Positions 18,100-27,574 of a stretch of DNA of 64,000 nt are shown in pieces (within the stretch, counting starts at the first letter, position 1; the number at the start of each line of letters is the position of its first letter). The notes under the pieces were generated by a model. It worked only from the letters and a program-made list of their open reading frames with translations, had not been told where the DNA came from and made no database searches. Origin of the DNA: a virus; IMG/VR virus record IMGVR_UViG_3300030108_005626, positions 3,304 to 67,303 of that record; one strand, 5' to 3'. Position numbers and translations under genes: made by a program.

Positions 18100-19053
18100 A
18101 TGAGAGATATTAGGAATTGTAATGTGTGCGTAATCGGCGGCGCCGGTTTTTTAGGATCGCACTTGGTTGATCACTTGATAAAAGATAGAAATTGTCAAGT
18201 GCTTGTTCTGGATAATTTGATAACAGGACTAAAAAAATATGTTAATAAAAGCGCAAAGTTTTTGTGGTTTGATATACGCGATGACGAAAACCAGTTAGCA
18301 AAAATTTTTAGTGAGCATGACATAGACTATGTATTCAATTACGCTGCAGAACCTTATATTCCGGAATGTTTTGAAAGACCAATGCACTTTTTTGATATTA
18401 ATGCAACATCTGTCCTGAGAGTTTTAAATGCCTGTCAAAAATCAAAAATAAAAGGATTACTACAAGTATCATCAGCAGAAATATATGGAGATATGAAAGG
18501 AAAGATAACAGAAAATGATCCGGTAATACCTCATTCAACTTATGGGGTTTCAAAAGTTGCTGCAGATGGATTGGTGCAAGTACGCTGGCGAGAAGGAAAC
18601 GTACCAGCGATTGCCATGCGACAGTTTAATTGTGTTGGCGAAAGAGAAACCCATCCTTATGTGATACCTGAAATAATTTCTCAGTTATCAGAAAATACCA
18701 CAATCAAACTAGGTAATAATTCATTTAGAGATTTTCAATATGCAGGTGATGCTGTTCGAATGGCGGTAGAACTTTTAGAAAAAGGTGACTTTGGTGAAGT
18801 ATATAACATGGGTAGTGAGTCTGGAATTAAAATTTATGATCTAGCGCACATGATTGGTAGATTAATGGGTCATGAAAGTATAGATATTGTCGTTGACGAG
18901 AAAAGAGTTCGCCCATGGGAAATATGGCATCTACAATCAGACAATACTAAACTTTATAGTGCTATAGGAAGGCGCACGCCAACTAGTCTGGAAGAGTCTT
19001 TAAGAAGAACTATTGATTATTACTATGAAAATAATAAAAACTGGGATTGGTAG
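18100..19053 (+). CDS. NAD-dependent epimerase/dehydratase (extended SDR)
   Basis: GGAGFLG, SSAEIYG, YGVSK. Confidence 0.92.
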   Translation: MRDIRNCNVCVIGGAGFLGSHLVDHLIKDRNCQVLVLDNLITGLKKYVNKSAKFLWFDIRDDENQLAKIFSEHDIDYVFNYAAEPYIPECFERPMHFFDINATSVLRVLNACQKSKIKGLLQVSSAEIYGDMKGKITENDPVIPHSTYGVSKVAADGLVQVRWREGNVPAIAMRQFNCVGERETHPYVIPEIISQLSENTTIKLGNNSFRDFQYAGDAVRMAVELLEKGDFGEVYNMGSESGIKIYDLAHMIGRLMGHESIDIVVDEKRVRPWEIWHLQSDNTKLYSAIGRRTPTSLEESLRRTIDYYYENNKNWDW

Positions 19054-19062
19054 GTAAGTGTT

Positions 19063-19650
19063 ATGAGTTTTGAACCAATTAGAATATTTGAAAATTCAAT
19101 TGCTGATTTTTTTGGCGCACCATACGCAGTAGCTACCGACTGTTGCACACATGCTTTGGAACTTTGTTTAAGATATAAAGAATCAAAAAAAATATCTGTG
19201 CCCAAACATACCTATATTTCCGTTCCTATGCTGTCTATAAAATTAAACATAGACCTAGAATGGACAGAAGATGATTGGTTAGATTATTATTATGTAACTG
19301 ATGAAATCATTGATGCTGCTGTCTTATGGAAACCCGATAGTTATATTCCTAACAAATTTATGTGCGTTAGTTTTCAATTTAAAAAACATCTTAGTCTAGG
19401 AAGAGGGGGCGCTATTCTACTGGACAATAAGGATGATGCATTAGAATTGAAAAAAATGTCATACGATGGTAGAACTCCAGATAGTCCATGGGCAACGCAA
19501 AACATAAGCACTATGGGTTATCACTATTATATGACACCAGAAACTGCACAATTAGGTTTAGATAAATTACCTCTTGCGATAAAAAATAAACCAAAACAAT
19601 GGACAATAAATGACTGGCCAGATCTAACAAAAATGGAGATATTTAAATGA
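19063..19650 (+). CDS. Short DegT/DnrJ/EryC1-family aminotransferase
   Basis: CTHAL, IDAA and SFQFKKHL..GRGG (PLP Lys); only 195 aa. Confidence 0.8.
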   Translation: MSFEPIRIFENSIADFFGAPYAVATDCCTHALELCLRYKESKKISVPKHTYISVPMLSIKLNIDLEWTEDDWLDYYYVTDEIIDAAVLWKPDSYIPNKFMCVSFQFKKHLSLGRGGAILLDNKDDALELKKMSYDGRTPDSPWATQNISTMGYHYYMTPETAQLGLDKLPLAIKNKPKQWTINDWPDLTKMEIFK

Positions 19651-20627
19651 GATATTTAGTTACAGGTGCTACTGGGTTTGCTGGACCCCATATGATAAAC
19701 AAAATTCTTGAAGACCCAAGCAATGAAGTTGTAGCTATGGTTAGAAATTTAGAAACTTGTAGAGGAATTGTTAACATTGTTAAAGATAACATTGATAAAA
19801 TTGAATTCGTCTATGGAGATCTAGAAGACTTAGATTCAATAACAAAAATATTTACAGAAGATGTTTTTGATGGTGTGTTTCACTTGGGTGCATTTGCCCA
19901 TCCTCCTTCATCTTTTGAAACTCCACTTTTGGCATCTCAAACTAATCTTTTAGGTACTGCTAGAATTTGTGATGAAATTATTGAGAACATGCCTCTTTGT
20001 GTTCTTATGCATTGCTCAACTCCAGAAGTATATGGTATATGCCCAGCAAATTCAAAGATAGATGAATCAACACCATATAATCCCAATAATCCATATGGTG
20101 TATCAAAAGCGGCATCAGATATGTATGTTCTAGAAAGAACAAACAATACAGACCTAAGAGCGTTTTTGACTAGAGCATTTTCTCATACCGGTCCACGAAG
20201 GGGTAGTAATTTTTCAATATCTTCGGATGCTATCCAAATTGCTAAGATAATTAAGGGACAACAAGAACCAGTAATAAAAATAGGCAATATGACATCTCAA
20301 AGAATTGTTGCCGATGTGCGAGATGTTGTTGATGCTTATTATCAATTAATGGTTAAATTCCAACAAGATGAAATAAAGTGTGGAGAGATATTTCACATAG
20401 CAGGAGATGATTTACATCCTATGCAGCACTATTTAGATTTAATGCTACAAATGCATAATCTTGAAGATACAAAATTAGAAATTGAACCAAAGTATTTTAG
20501 GAAAGTAGATATTCCAATACAAATTCCAGATGATTCAAAAGTTAGAAATTTTTTAAACTGGAAACCATCAATACCTATTGAAAAAACTTTAAGAGATCTT
20601 GTAGACTATTGGTTGGAGGAAGTGTAA
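19647..20627 (+). CDS. GDP-mannose 4,6-dehydratase/reductase-like SDR
   Basis: VTGATGFAG, SFETP, STPEVYG, PYGVSK, HTGPRRG, GN...R..DVRD. Confidence 0.85.
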   Translation: MRYLVTGATGFAGPHMINKILEDPSNEVVAMVRNLETCRGIVNIVKDNIDKIEFVYGDLEDLDSITKIFTEDVFDGVFHLGAFAHPPSSFETPLLASQTNLLGTARICDEIIENMPLCVLMHCSTPEVYGICPANSKIDESTPYNPNNPYGVSKAASDMYVLERTNNTDLRAFLTRAFSHTGPRRGSNFSISSDAIQIAKIIKGQQEPVIKIGNMTSQRIVADVRDVVDAYYQLMVKFQQDEIKCGEIFHIAGDDLHPMQHYLDLMLQMHNLEDTKLEIEPKYFRKVDIPIQIPDDSKVRNFLNWKPSIPIEKTLRDLVDYWLEEV

Positions 20628-21698
20628 ATGGGAATTAAAGATGTTGATGGACATAAACTCATGTATTATCCAGAGGAGGTGGCAACGTGGAAAAAAACCG
20701 GCGCTGCGACCCCACTGCATGTAGAGATTGGACCCACGAATAGGTGTCAACATCATTGTAGTTTTTGCAGTGTTGACTGGATTACTCATGGCGTTGTAAG
20801 AATAGATAAGGACGTTTTAGTTAGAGCTATTGAGTCTATGGGCGATGTTGGAGTAAGATCCATATATTTTGCAGGAGAGGGAGAACCTTTGCTGCACCCA
20901 GGAATGGAAGACTTTGTTCAAACAGCGCACAAAAGAGGAATAAAAACATCAATGGCAACAAATGGAGGACTTTTAAATCAAAGAAGACTTCCAGGTCTTT
21001 TGCCTTATTTTTCTTGGATTAGGTTCAGTATTGATGCTGCAACTCCAGAAACACATCAAAGTATACATAAATCTAAAGATTTTAATAGAATTATCAAAAA
21101 TATAAGACTAGCGTGTGAATATAAAAAAGAACATAAATTACCAGTTGAACTAGGAGTTCAGTTTATTGTATTGGAAGAGAATTTAGAAGAAATGGAAATG
21201 TTTGCTGATCTGATGAAAGATGTCGGTGTTGATAATATTCAATATAAACCGCACCACAATCACCCTAAAAGCGCATCCAATCCCACTTTGTATAGTTTAA
21301 CTGATGAAGCTTTGCGATTAAGACTAATCAATCGTACAACAGATGATTTTCAAGTTATGGTACGCAGTAGAAATCTTGAAGAGATGCCACTTATTCCTGG
21401 TCAAGATCACAACTATTGTTACAAGAAATGTCATGCATATAACTTTCTAACGTTAATCGACGCCAAGGGTGGTTGTTATGGTTGCAACATCTTTTATGAT
21501 CAAAAAGATTATAGTTTTGGAAACATTTATGAACAATCTTTTGAAGAGATACATACAAGTGGTCAAGTTCAAGAAATCATAGAAAAGGTTGCAAAATTGA
21601 ACCATTCACAATGCGGGAATTATAAGTGTAGACCTCATGTATTAAATGAGTATTTAAATAGAATTGCAAATCCCGAACTCAATGATGAATTTATTTAG
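20628..21698 (+). CDS. Radical SAM enzyme with SPASM/twitch domain
   Basis: CQHHCSFC, GEGEPLL and TNG motifs; C-terminal Cys cluster with FGNI. Confidence 0.92.
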   Translation: MGIKDVDGHKLMYYPEEVATWKKTGAATPLHVEIGPTNRCQHHCSFCSVDWITHGVVRIDKDVLVRAIESMGDVGVRSIYFAGEGEPLLHPGMEDFVQTAHKRGIKTSMATNGGLLNQRRLPGLLPYFSWIRFSIDAATPETHQSIHKSKDFNRIIKNIRLACEYKKEHKLPVELGVQFIVLEENLEEMEMFADLMKDVGVDNIQYKPHHNHPKSASNPTLYSLTDEALRLRLINRTTDDFQVMVRSRNLEEMPLIPGQDHNYCYKKCHAYNFLTLIDAKGGCYGCNIFYDQKDYSFGNIYEQSFEEIHTSGQVQEIIEKVAKLNHSQCGNYKCRPHVLNEYLNRIANPELNDEFI

Positions 21699-21716
21699 TT
21701 AATTATAGAGGTTATT

Positions 21717-22592
21717 ATGAAGATGTTGTTTGTCGGAGTTTTTGATAAACTCGGAAGATCTACTAATGTATCACAAATTTTAGCGTTAAAAAAAATAGGT
21801 TGTGAAGTTTATGGATATAACTTCAAGCAAAAAGAGTTGCAAATAGGATCTGCGGAGAGAGACAAACATCTTGTTGAGTATGTTAAACAAAACAATTTCG
21901 ATCTAGTATTATACAGCAAAAGCACTGGAATCTCATTTGATTGTTTTAAAAAAATAAATTTGATTACAACCACTTGTTTGTGGTGGATGGACCCATTGTC
22001 AACATTGGGACAACATCCAGAGATACTTGAAAAGAGTAGCGAAGTAGATTTTGTTGTAACTGGTGTAAAAAACACAATACCGATATTTTACGAAAAAAAC
22101 AAAAATACATTTTTTGCAATTGAGGGTTTTGATGAGAACGTTGATCAACCTCATGATTTAAAAAAACAATATGATGTTACATTCATCGGGTCGCTGCACT
22201 CTCAAAGACAAAAGTTAATGAATCAAATAGTCCACCCAGTCAATCATGTAACAAATGCATATTCTAGAAAGCACGCTGAGATAGTTTCAAAAAGTAAAAT
22301 ATGTTTAAATTTTTCTACTGCTGGAGGTGCTTCTGATAGAGTTTTTAAGACGTTAGCGGCAGGCGGTTTTCTTTTAACTTCTGATTGGCAAGGTAGAGAT
22401 GAATTGTTTTCTGATGGAGAACATTTAATAATTTATGATGATATTCAAGATTTAAATGATAAAATATCTTATTATTTAAATAATCAGCAACTTAGAGATA
22501 AAATATCTATGCAGGGAAACAAAAAAGTCCAAGAATATGGACGTATCGGTTGGGCACAAGAAATATTAAACTTTTATGAAGGAATCAAATGA
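21717..22592 (+). CDS. Glycosyltransferase (CgeB-like)
   Basis: DVTFIGS, SKICLN and RVFKTLAAGGFLL motifs. Confidence 0.8.
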   Translation: MKMLFVGVFDKLGRSTNVSQILALKKIGCEVYGYNFKQKELQIGSAERDKHLVEYVKQNNFDLVLYSKSTGISFDCFKKINLITTTCLWWMDPLSTLGQHPEILEKSSEVDFVVTGVKNTIPIFYEKNKNTFFAIEGFDENVDQPHDLKKQYDVTFIGSLHSQRQKLMNQIVHPVNHVTNAYSRKHAEIVSKSKICLNFSTAGGASDRVFKTLAAGGFLLTSDWQGRDELFSDGEHLIIYDDIQDLNDKISYYLNNQQLRDKISMQGNKKVQEYGRIGWAQEILNFYEGIK

Positions 22593-23560
22593 ATAACAAA
22601 ATTAAAATTGGATTAATTGGAGTTGGGTACTGGGGTAAAAATATTCTTAGGAACATCGTTACATCTGAAAAAACACAGATTGCCTGCGTATGCGATAAAA
22701 ATGTCAAACTCGCAAGACAAAGACTGAAAGAGCACAATCTTCTTGATAAAGTGAGGGTTTACGATAGTTTAATTAACTTTTATAATCACGAAGATATGGA
22801 CGCAGTTGCCATCGCAACACCAGCTGGAACACATTATGAATTGTCAAAATTGTCTTTGGAAAACAATAAACACGTATTAGTTGAAAAACCTATGTGTTTT
22901 ACCACAGCAGAAGCAAGAAAAATGGTAAATTTAGCAAATAAAAACAATTTAACTTTAATGTGTGATCATACATTTTGCTTTTCTGGAACTACAAATGCCG
23001 TCAAAAAAATAGTCAACAGTGGTGAACTTGGGAACATCATTAGCATTAATTCATCTAGGTTGAATCTTGGTTTATTTCAAAAAGACACTAACGTTATATG
23101 GGATTTAGCACCTCACGATTTTTCTATCCTGCAACACATTTTAGGTAATTTTGAAGTAAAGTCTCAAAACGTTCATGTAACGAAATCACCGGTATCAGAG
23201 TTTGCAGCGGAGTCTCATGTATTTCTACAAACAAAATCAAACATTCAAGTTACAGTTTATAGCAGTTGGATTAGTCCAGTTAAGGAACGAAAACTTGTTG
23301 TAGTTGGCGATAAAAAAATGTTAGTTTGGGATGACCTAGCAGAAGATAAAATAAAAGTTTATGATAAAAATGTCAAAAAAGTAAATAATAAGATAGAGTA
23401 TTATGATAATGGATTTGAAGTGGTAAATTTTGATAAAACTGAACCTTTATTGAACATGATTAATCACTTTGCAGACTGCATTGCCAATGGTAAAGAAAGT
23501 ATATCCAGCGGTGAAAAGTCTTATCAAATAGTAAAAATTTTAAGTGAAGCGAATGAATGA
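22589..23560 (+). CDS. Gfo/Idh/MocA oxidoreductase (WbpB/WlbA-like sugar 3-dehydrogenase)
   Basis: GVGYWG, VEKP and WDLAPHD motifs; adjacent to an acetyltransferase and an aminotransferase. Confidence 0.88.
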   Translation: MNNKIKIGLIGVGYWGKNILRNIVTSEKTQIACVCDKNVKLARQRLKEHNLLDKVRVYDSLINFYNHEDMDAVAIATPAGTHYELSKLSLENNKHVLVEKPMCFTTAEARKMVNLANKNNLTLMCDHTFCFSGTTNAVKKIVNSGELGNIISINSSRLNLGLFQKDTNVIWDLAPHDFSILQHILGNFEVKSQNVHVTKSPVSEFAAESHVFLQTKSNIQVTVYSSWISPVKERKLVVVGDKKMLVWDDLAEDKIKVYDKNVKKVNNKIEYYDNGFEVVNFDKTEPLLNMINHFADCIANGKESISSGEKSYQIVKILSEANE

Positions 23561-24035
23561 CATATCAGATCATGCAATCGTATCAGAAGACGTAAAGATT
23601 GGAAAAAATACAGTTATATATCATTGGTGCAATTTATACGGATGTGTAATAGGTGAAAACACTAAGATAGGAACGTTTGTTGAGGTACAAAAAAATGTAC
23701 GTATTGGAAATAATTGCAAAATATCTAGTCATTCTTTTATTTGCGAGGGTGTTTCAATAGGTAATAATTGTTTTATTGGTCATGGAGTTATGTTTATAAA
23801 CGACAGACATCCTAAGTCTATCAATGAAAATGGAACATTAGCAACAGGTGAAGATTGGATACTAGAAAAAACAAATATATCTGATAATGTTAGCATAGGA
23901 ACTGGTGCAATAATAATGTGTGGTGTGAATATTGGTCCTAACGCCACCATAGGCGCAGGCGCCGTAGTAACAAAAGACGTTGAAGCAAACAAAACTGTTG
24001 TTGGAATCCCAGCAAGAGTTGTTAATAAGGATTAA
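23544..24035 (+). CDS. Hexapeptide-repeat N-acetyltransferase (WbpD/WlbB-like)
   Basis: Repeated IG..xxI hexapeptides, FIND..P and GAGAVVTKDV...VGIPAR. Confidence 0.9.
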   Translation: MKRMNDISDHAIVSEDVKIGKNTVIYHWCNLYGCVIGENTKIGTFVEVQKNVRIGNNCKISSHSFICEGVSIGNNCFIGHGVMFINDRHPKSINENGTLATGEDWILEKTNISDNVSIGTGAIIMCGVNIGPNATIGAGAVVTKDVEANKTVVGIPARVVNKD

Positions 24036-24036
24036 A

Positions 24037-25167
24037 ATGAAACAAATTACAGTGCCTTTTTTAGATTTAAAAAAACAGCATAAAAAAATAAAAAAACAAA
24101 TTTTAAAAAATTGGGAAGACATACTTGTTAACGCATCTTTTGTTGGAGGAAGTTGGGTTGAAAAGTTTGAAGACCAGTTTAAAAGTTTTTGTGAGACTGA
24201 CGCCTGTGCCGCAGTTGATAGTGGAACTGACGCCCTAGAGGTTGCTCTAAGATCGCTAGGTGTAAAACCTGGTGATGAAATATTAGCACCCGCAAATACT
24301 TTTTATGCAACAGTTGAGGCAATTCTTCTTATTGGTGCTATTCCTGTTTTAGTTGATTGTAAGCATGGAACATGGAATATTAACGAAGATCTTATTGAAG
24401 AAAAATTAAATTCAAAAACTGTTGGAATTATTGGTGTTCATTTATACGGAAATCCTTGTGAGATGGACACCATAAATAAGATTGCAGAAAGACACAACCT
24501 TTGGGTTTTAGAGGATAGCGCACAAGCACACGGCGCAACTTACAAAGGGAGAAAGTGTGGTTCTCTTGGTAACGCAGCTGCGTTTTCATTTTATCCTGGT
24601 AAAAACTTAGGATCAACCGGTGAAGGTGGAGCAATAACATCAAACAACAAAGAGTTTATTGACAGGTGCAAGCAAGTAAGAAATCATGGATGCAAAGTAA
24701 AATATGTTCATGAAATTCTTGGAAAGAATTCAAAAATGCCAACACTAATTGCATCAGCGTTGTCTGTAAAGATGAATTACATTGAAGAGTGGACTGAAAA
24801 ACGTAGAAGAAATGCAGCATATTATTATAAATATTTAAGTAATGTTAAACAAATAGAATTACCTGAAATAAAAGATTACAGCAACCCCGTTTGGCATTTG
24901 TTTGTTGTTCATGATAAAACAAACAACAGAGATAAACTTCACGAGTATCTAAAGAGTCAAAACATAAGTACGGGATTTCACTATCCAGTACCAGTGCATA
25001 TGCAAAATCATTTTAAAAATATATACAAACCAGATGATTTCCCAGTTGCTAAGTATAACGCAAGTCAATCTTTAAGTTTGCCTATGTATCCAGAATTAAC
25101 AAAAAAACAAATTAAATTTGTTTGCGACAAAGTAAAAGAGTTTTATAAACAACATGAAAAAAGATAA
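24037..25167 (+). CDS. DegT-family aminotransferase (WbpE/WlbC-like)
   Basis: VPFLDL, SGTDAL, EDSAQAHGA, SFYPGKNLG, HYPVPVH, LSLPMYP. Start taken as ATG 24037. Confidence 0.93.
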   Translation: MKQITVPFLDLKKQHKKIKKQILKNWEDILVNASFVGGSWVEKFEDQFKSFCETDACAAVDSGTDALEVALRSLGVKPGDEILAPANTFYATVEAILLIGAIPVLVDCKHGTWNINEDLIEEKLNSKTVGIIGVHLYGNPCEMDTINKIAERHNLWVLEDSAQAHGATYKGRKCGSLGNAAAFSFYPGKNLGSTGEGGAITSNNKEFIDRCKQVRNHGCKVKYVHEILGKNSKMPTLIASALSVKMNYIEEWTEKRRRNAAYYYKYLSNVKQIELPEIKDYSNPVWHLFVVHDKTNNRDKLHEYLKSQNISTGFHYPVPVHMQNHFKNIYKPDDFPVAKYNASQSLSLPMYPELTKKQIKFVCDKVKEFYKQHEKR

Positions 25168-26002
25168 ACTATTAATCGCTGGTCCTTGGATTGGAGAATT
25201 TGGATGGGAATTGTTCGCTTGGCAAGGATATGTGCGAGCGCTATCGGAAAAATTTGATCAAACAATTTGTATATCCTCACCTCATTCTAAATTTATTTAT
25301 GAAGATTTTTGTGATGAGTTTTTAAGTTTCACACCGATGGACAAAGGTGGGTATAAAGATTCTTTTTTTAGAACTGATTTTAAGATGAATAAAAAAATTC
25401 TTTTAGATATTTTGAAGCAAAGTAAAATTGACATAAAACAAAAAAACACAACACTGTTTGTGCCAAAAAGAATTGGAGATCCGCCGAGAACTCACTTTTC
25501 CGAACCTATGAATTTAGCGCAGTATAGTTTGTCACCAAAATATGTCAAATTTGCAGACAATAAAAACAAAGAGAAAACAGTTCTTGTTCATGCTAGAAAT
25601 AGAAAACTAAGATCAAAAGACAATTGGTCTGTAGAGAAATGGAAAGAATTAGTTTCTTTATTAAAAGAGATAGATCTATCAGTTATATCAATTGGATTAA
25701 AAAAAGAAGCAATGCATATTCCAGGGACAGAGGATAAAAGAGAGTGTGATCAAGAAGAACTTTTAAAAATAATATCCTCATCTGAATGCATATTTGGACA
25801 ATCATCAGGTGCCATGCACTTATCAACTTTATGTGGATGCCCTCAAGTTGTTTGGTCAGATATGTATAATTTTGATAGATACACAAAAAACTGGAATCCA
25901 TTTGATGTTGATGTTTTATTTTTAGCAGAACAAGAATGGCAACCTGAAGTTAAATACATTTTCGAAAAATTTGTAGAATGGAGAAAAACTAATGGAGCAT
26001 AA
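25154..26002 (+). CDS. GT9-like glycosyltransferase (divergent)
   Basis: GEFGWE loop, NWSVEKW and SSGAMHLSTL (GT9-type SGxxH). Confidence 0.65.
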   Translation: MKKDKLLIAGPWIGEFGWELFAWQGYVRALSEKFDQTICISSPHSKFIYEDFCDEFLSFTPMDKGGYKDSFFRTDFKMNKKILLDILKQSKIDIKQKNTTLFVPKRIGDPPRTHFSEPMNLAQYSLSPKYVKFADNKNKEKTVLVHARNRKLRSKDNWSVEKWKELVSLLKEIDLSVISIGLKKEAMHIPGTEDKRECDQEELLKIISSSECIFGQSSGAMHLSTLCGCPQVVWSDMYNFDRYTKNWNPFDVDVLFLAEQEWQPEVKYIFEKFVEWRKTNGA

Positions 26003-26816
26003 TAACGTAGGAGTTGTTGGTTTTGGATTTGTTGGGAAAGCAGTTAGTCAAATTTCAACAATTAGATCTCTAGATATATACGATCCAAATAATGAAGATT
26101 ACAATTCTGTTGATCAAAAAATTAGAGCATATAACTGCGATATTATATTTATAAATGTCCCAACAAATTTAAAAAATGGAAGATTAGATTTATCAATTTT
26201 AAATGAGTGTTTATTTTCATATAGGGCGCACAATTTAAATAAAAATTCAACAATTGTTATAAAATCTACCGTACCAGTTGGAACGTGTAGGGACCTTTCT
26301 GAAAAACATAATATTGAAAGTCTTGTATTCAATCCAGAGTTTTTATCCGAAAGAACCGCAATGGAAGACTTTATAAATGAAAAAGAATTATATTTAGCTG
26401 GTGAAAAAAGACATACAGAAAAAGTTAAAGAACTGTATGTTGAATTTTATAAAAAATGTGAGAATGGTGAATTACAAATATTTGAAACTGAATCTTGGGA
26501 AGAAATTGAATTATTAAAACTAGCGAGAAACACTTTTTATGGATTGAAGGTTTCTTATTGTAATAACATTTATAATCTGTGTAAATCAAAGAATATTGAC
26601 TATGATAAATTTAGAAAACACTTCTCTAGAGGAATATGGGTTGGAGATCAACATACTCATGTACCAGGACCAGACGGAAAGTTTGGATATGGTGGAAAGT
26701 GTTTGCCAAAAGATTCTACAGAATTATTAAACTTTTGTAAAAAACAAGGTATAATATTTGAAATGCTTGAAAAATCAATATTATTTAACGCAGAACAAAG
26801 GAGTAAGCATGAGTGA
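25992..26816 (+). CDS. UDP-glucose/GDP-mannose 6-dehydrogenase family, lacking the C-terminal domain
   Basis: GFGFVG, VPT, IKSTVPVG, NPEFL and GYGGKCLPKD motifs. Confidence 0.88.
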   Translation: MEHNNVGVVGFGFVGKAVSQISTIRSLDIYDPNNEDYNSVDQKIRAYNCDIIFINVPTNLKNGRLDLSILNECLFSYRAHNLNKNSTIVIKSTVPVGTCRDLSEKHNIESLVFNPEFLSERTAMEDFINEKELYLAGEKRHTEKVKELYVEFYKKCENGELQIFETESWEEIELLKLARNTFYGLKVSYCNNIYNLCKSKNIDYDKFRKHFSRGIWVGDQHTHVPGPDGKFGYGGKCLPKDSTELLNFCKKQGIIFEMLEKSILFNAEQRSKHE

Positions 26817-27030
26817 AATTGAACATACAAATTTATCAAAACAGGCGATTGGAGCACTTATGATGGCGCTGCAAAAGTCTTTATTGGAACAATCTGACAT
26901 TGTACCAGTTTTGGAAAATTTTAAAATGACAAACTCACCAAATGGTTTAGTTGTATTAAACCCGCCATTGGTTAAATTTAACGAAGAAACATCTCATAAC
27001 TGGGATGTGGTTGGTGATCAACCAGATTAA
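26809..27030 (+). CDS. Hypothetical small protein
   Basis: AAGGAG SD before ATG 26809. Confidence 0.65.
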   Translation: MSEIEHTNLSKQAIGALMMALQKSLLEQSDIVPVLENFKMTNSPNGLVVLNPPLVKFNEETSHNWDVVGDQPD

Positions 27031-27041
27031 GGAGAAATAAA

Positions 27042-27290
27042 TTGCCGATATATGTTTATCAGTGTGGAGATTGCTTAGGTGAGTGGAAAGAGAATCACCT
27101 AATGGGTGAATCAATAGAAGAATGTCCTTGGTGTTCTTCTGAAAATATTGGACGAAAACCCAGTAATTTTTCATACGGATCAAAAAAACAACAAAAAACA
27201 AGTAAAGTTGGCGATTTGACTAATGAATTTATTGAAAATTCAAAACAGGATTTAAAAAATCAAAAAAAGGAACTAGATAATAGCAGATGA
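27042..27290 (+). CDS. FmdB-family zinc ribbon protein
   Basis: MPIYVYQCGDC...CPWC signature. Confidence 0.85.
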   Translation: MPIYVYQCGDCLGEWKENHLMGESIEECPWCSSENIGRKPSNFSYGSKKQQKTSKVGDLTNEFIENSKQDLKNQKKELDNSR

Positions 27291-27574
27291 CACACCTTCT
27301 TTTGGCTCTCTCAACAATTCTTAATATCGTTTTTATTTGGTATATTGTTCAACTTTTAAAAAGATTTTTAACCTTTCAAGAGGAATTGGACAATTTTAGT
27401 GAAACACTAGAGCAATACAGAGATCACATTGACATCGTTAATGGACTTGAACGTTTTTATGGCGATGAAACTCTAGGTAATTTACTTCGCCATTCTAAAG
27501 CACTTGTTGAAGAATGTCAAAGTTTCCAGCGTGTTTTAAGACAAGAGGAAGATTATGGCGAGGAAGAGAACTAA
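27287..27574 (+). CDS. Small membrane-anchored coiled-coil protein
   Basis: Hydrophobic N-terminal ~22 aa followed by a heptad-like charged helix. Confidence 0.6.
   Translation: MTHLLLALSTILNIVFIWYIVQLLKRFLTFQEELDNFSETLEQYRDHIDIVNGLERFYGDETLGNLLRHSKALVEECQSFQRVLRQEEDYGEEEN

Noticed and set aside
20428-20436. ACTATTTAG inside the Gmd-like gene as a late promoter
   Set aside because: It is about 190 nt from the next start, inside coding sequence, and compatible with chance in AT-rich DNA.
7207-26816. Bacterial chromosomal O-antigen/capsule locus
   Set aside because: No recognisable flippase, polymerase, chain-length regulator or initiating transferase. It is seamlessly coupled to phage genes at both ends with similar base composition.
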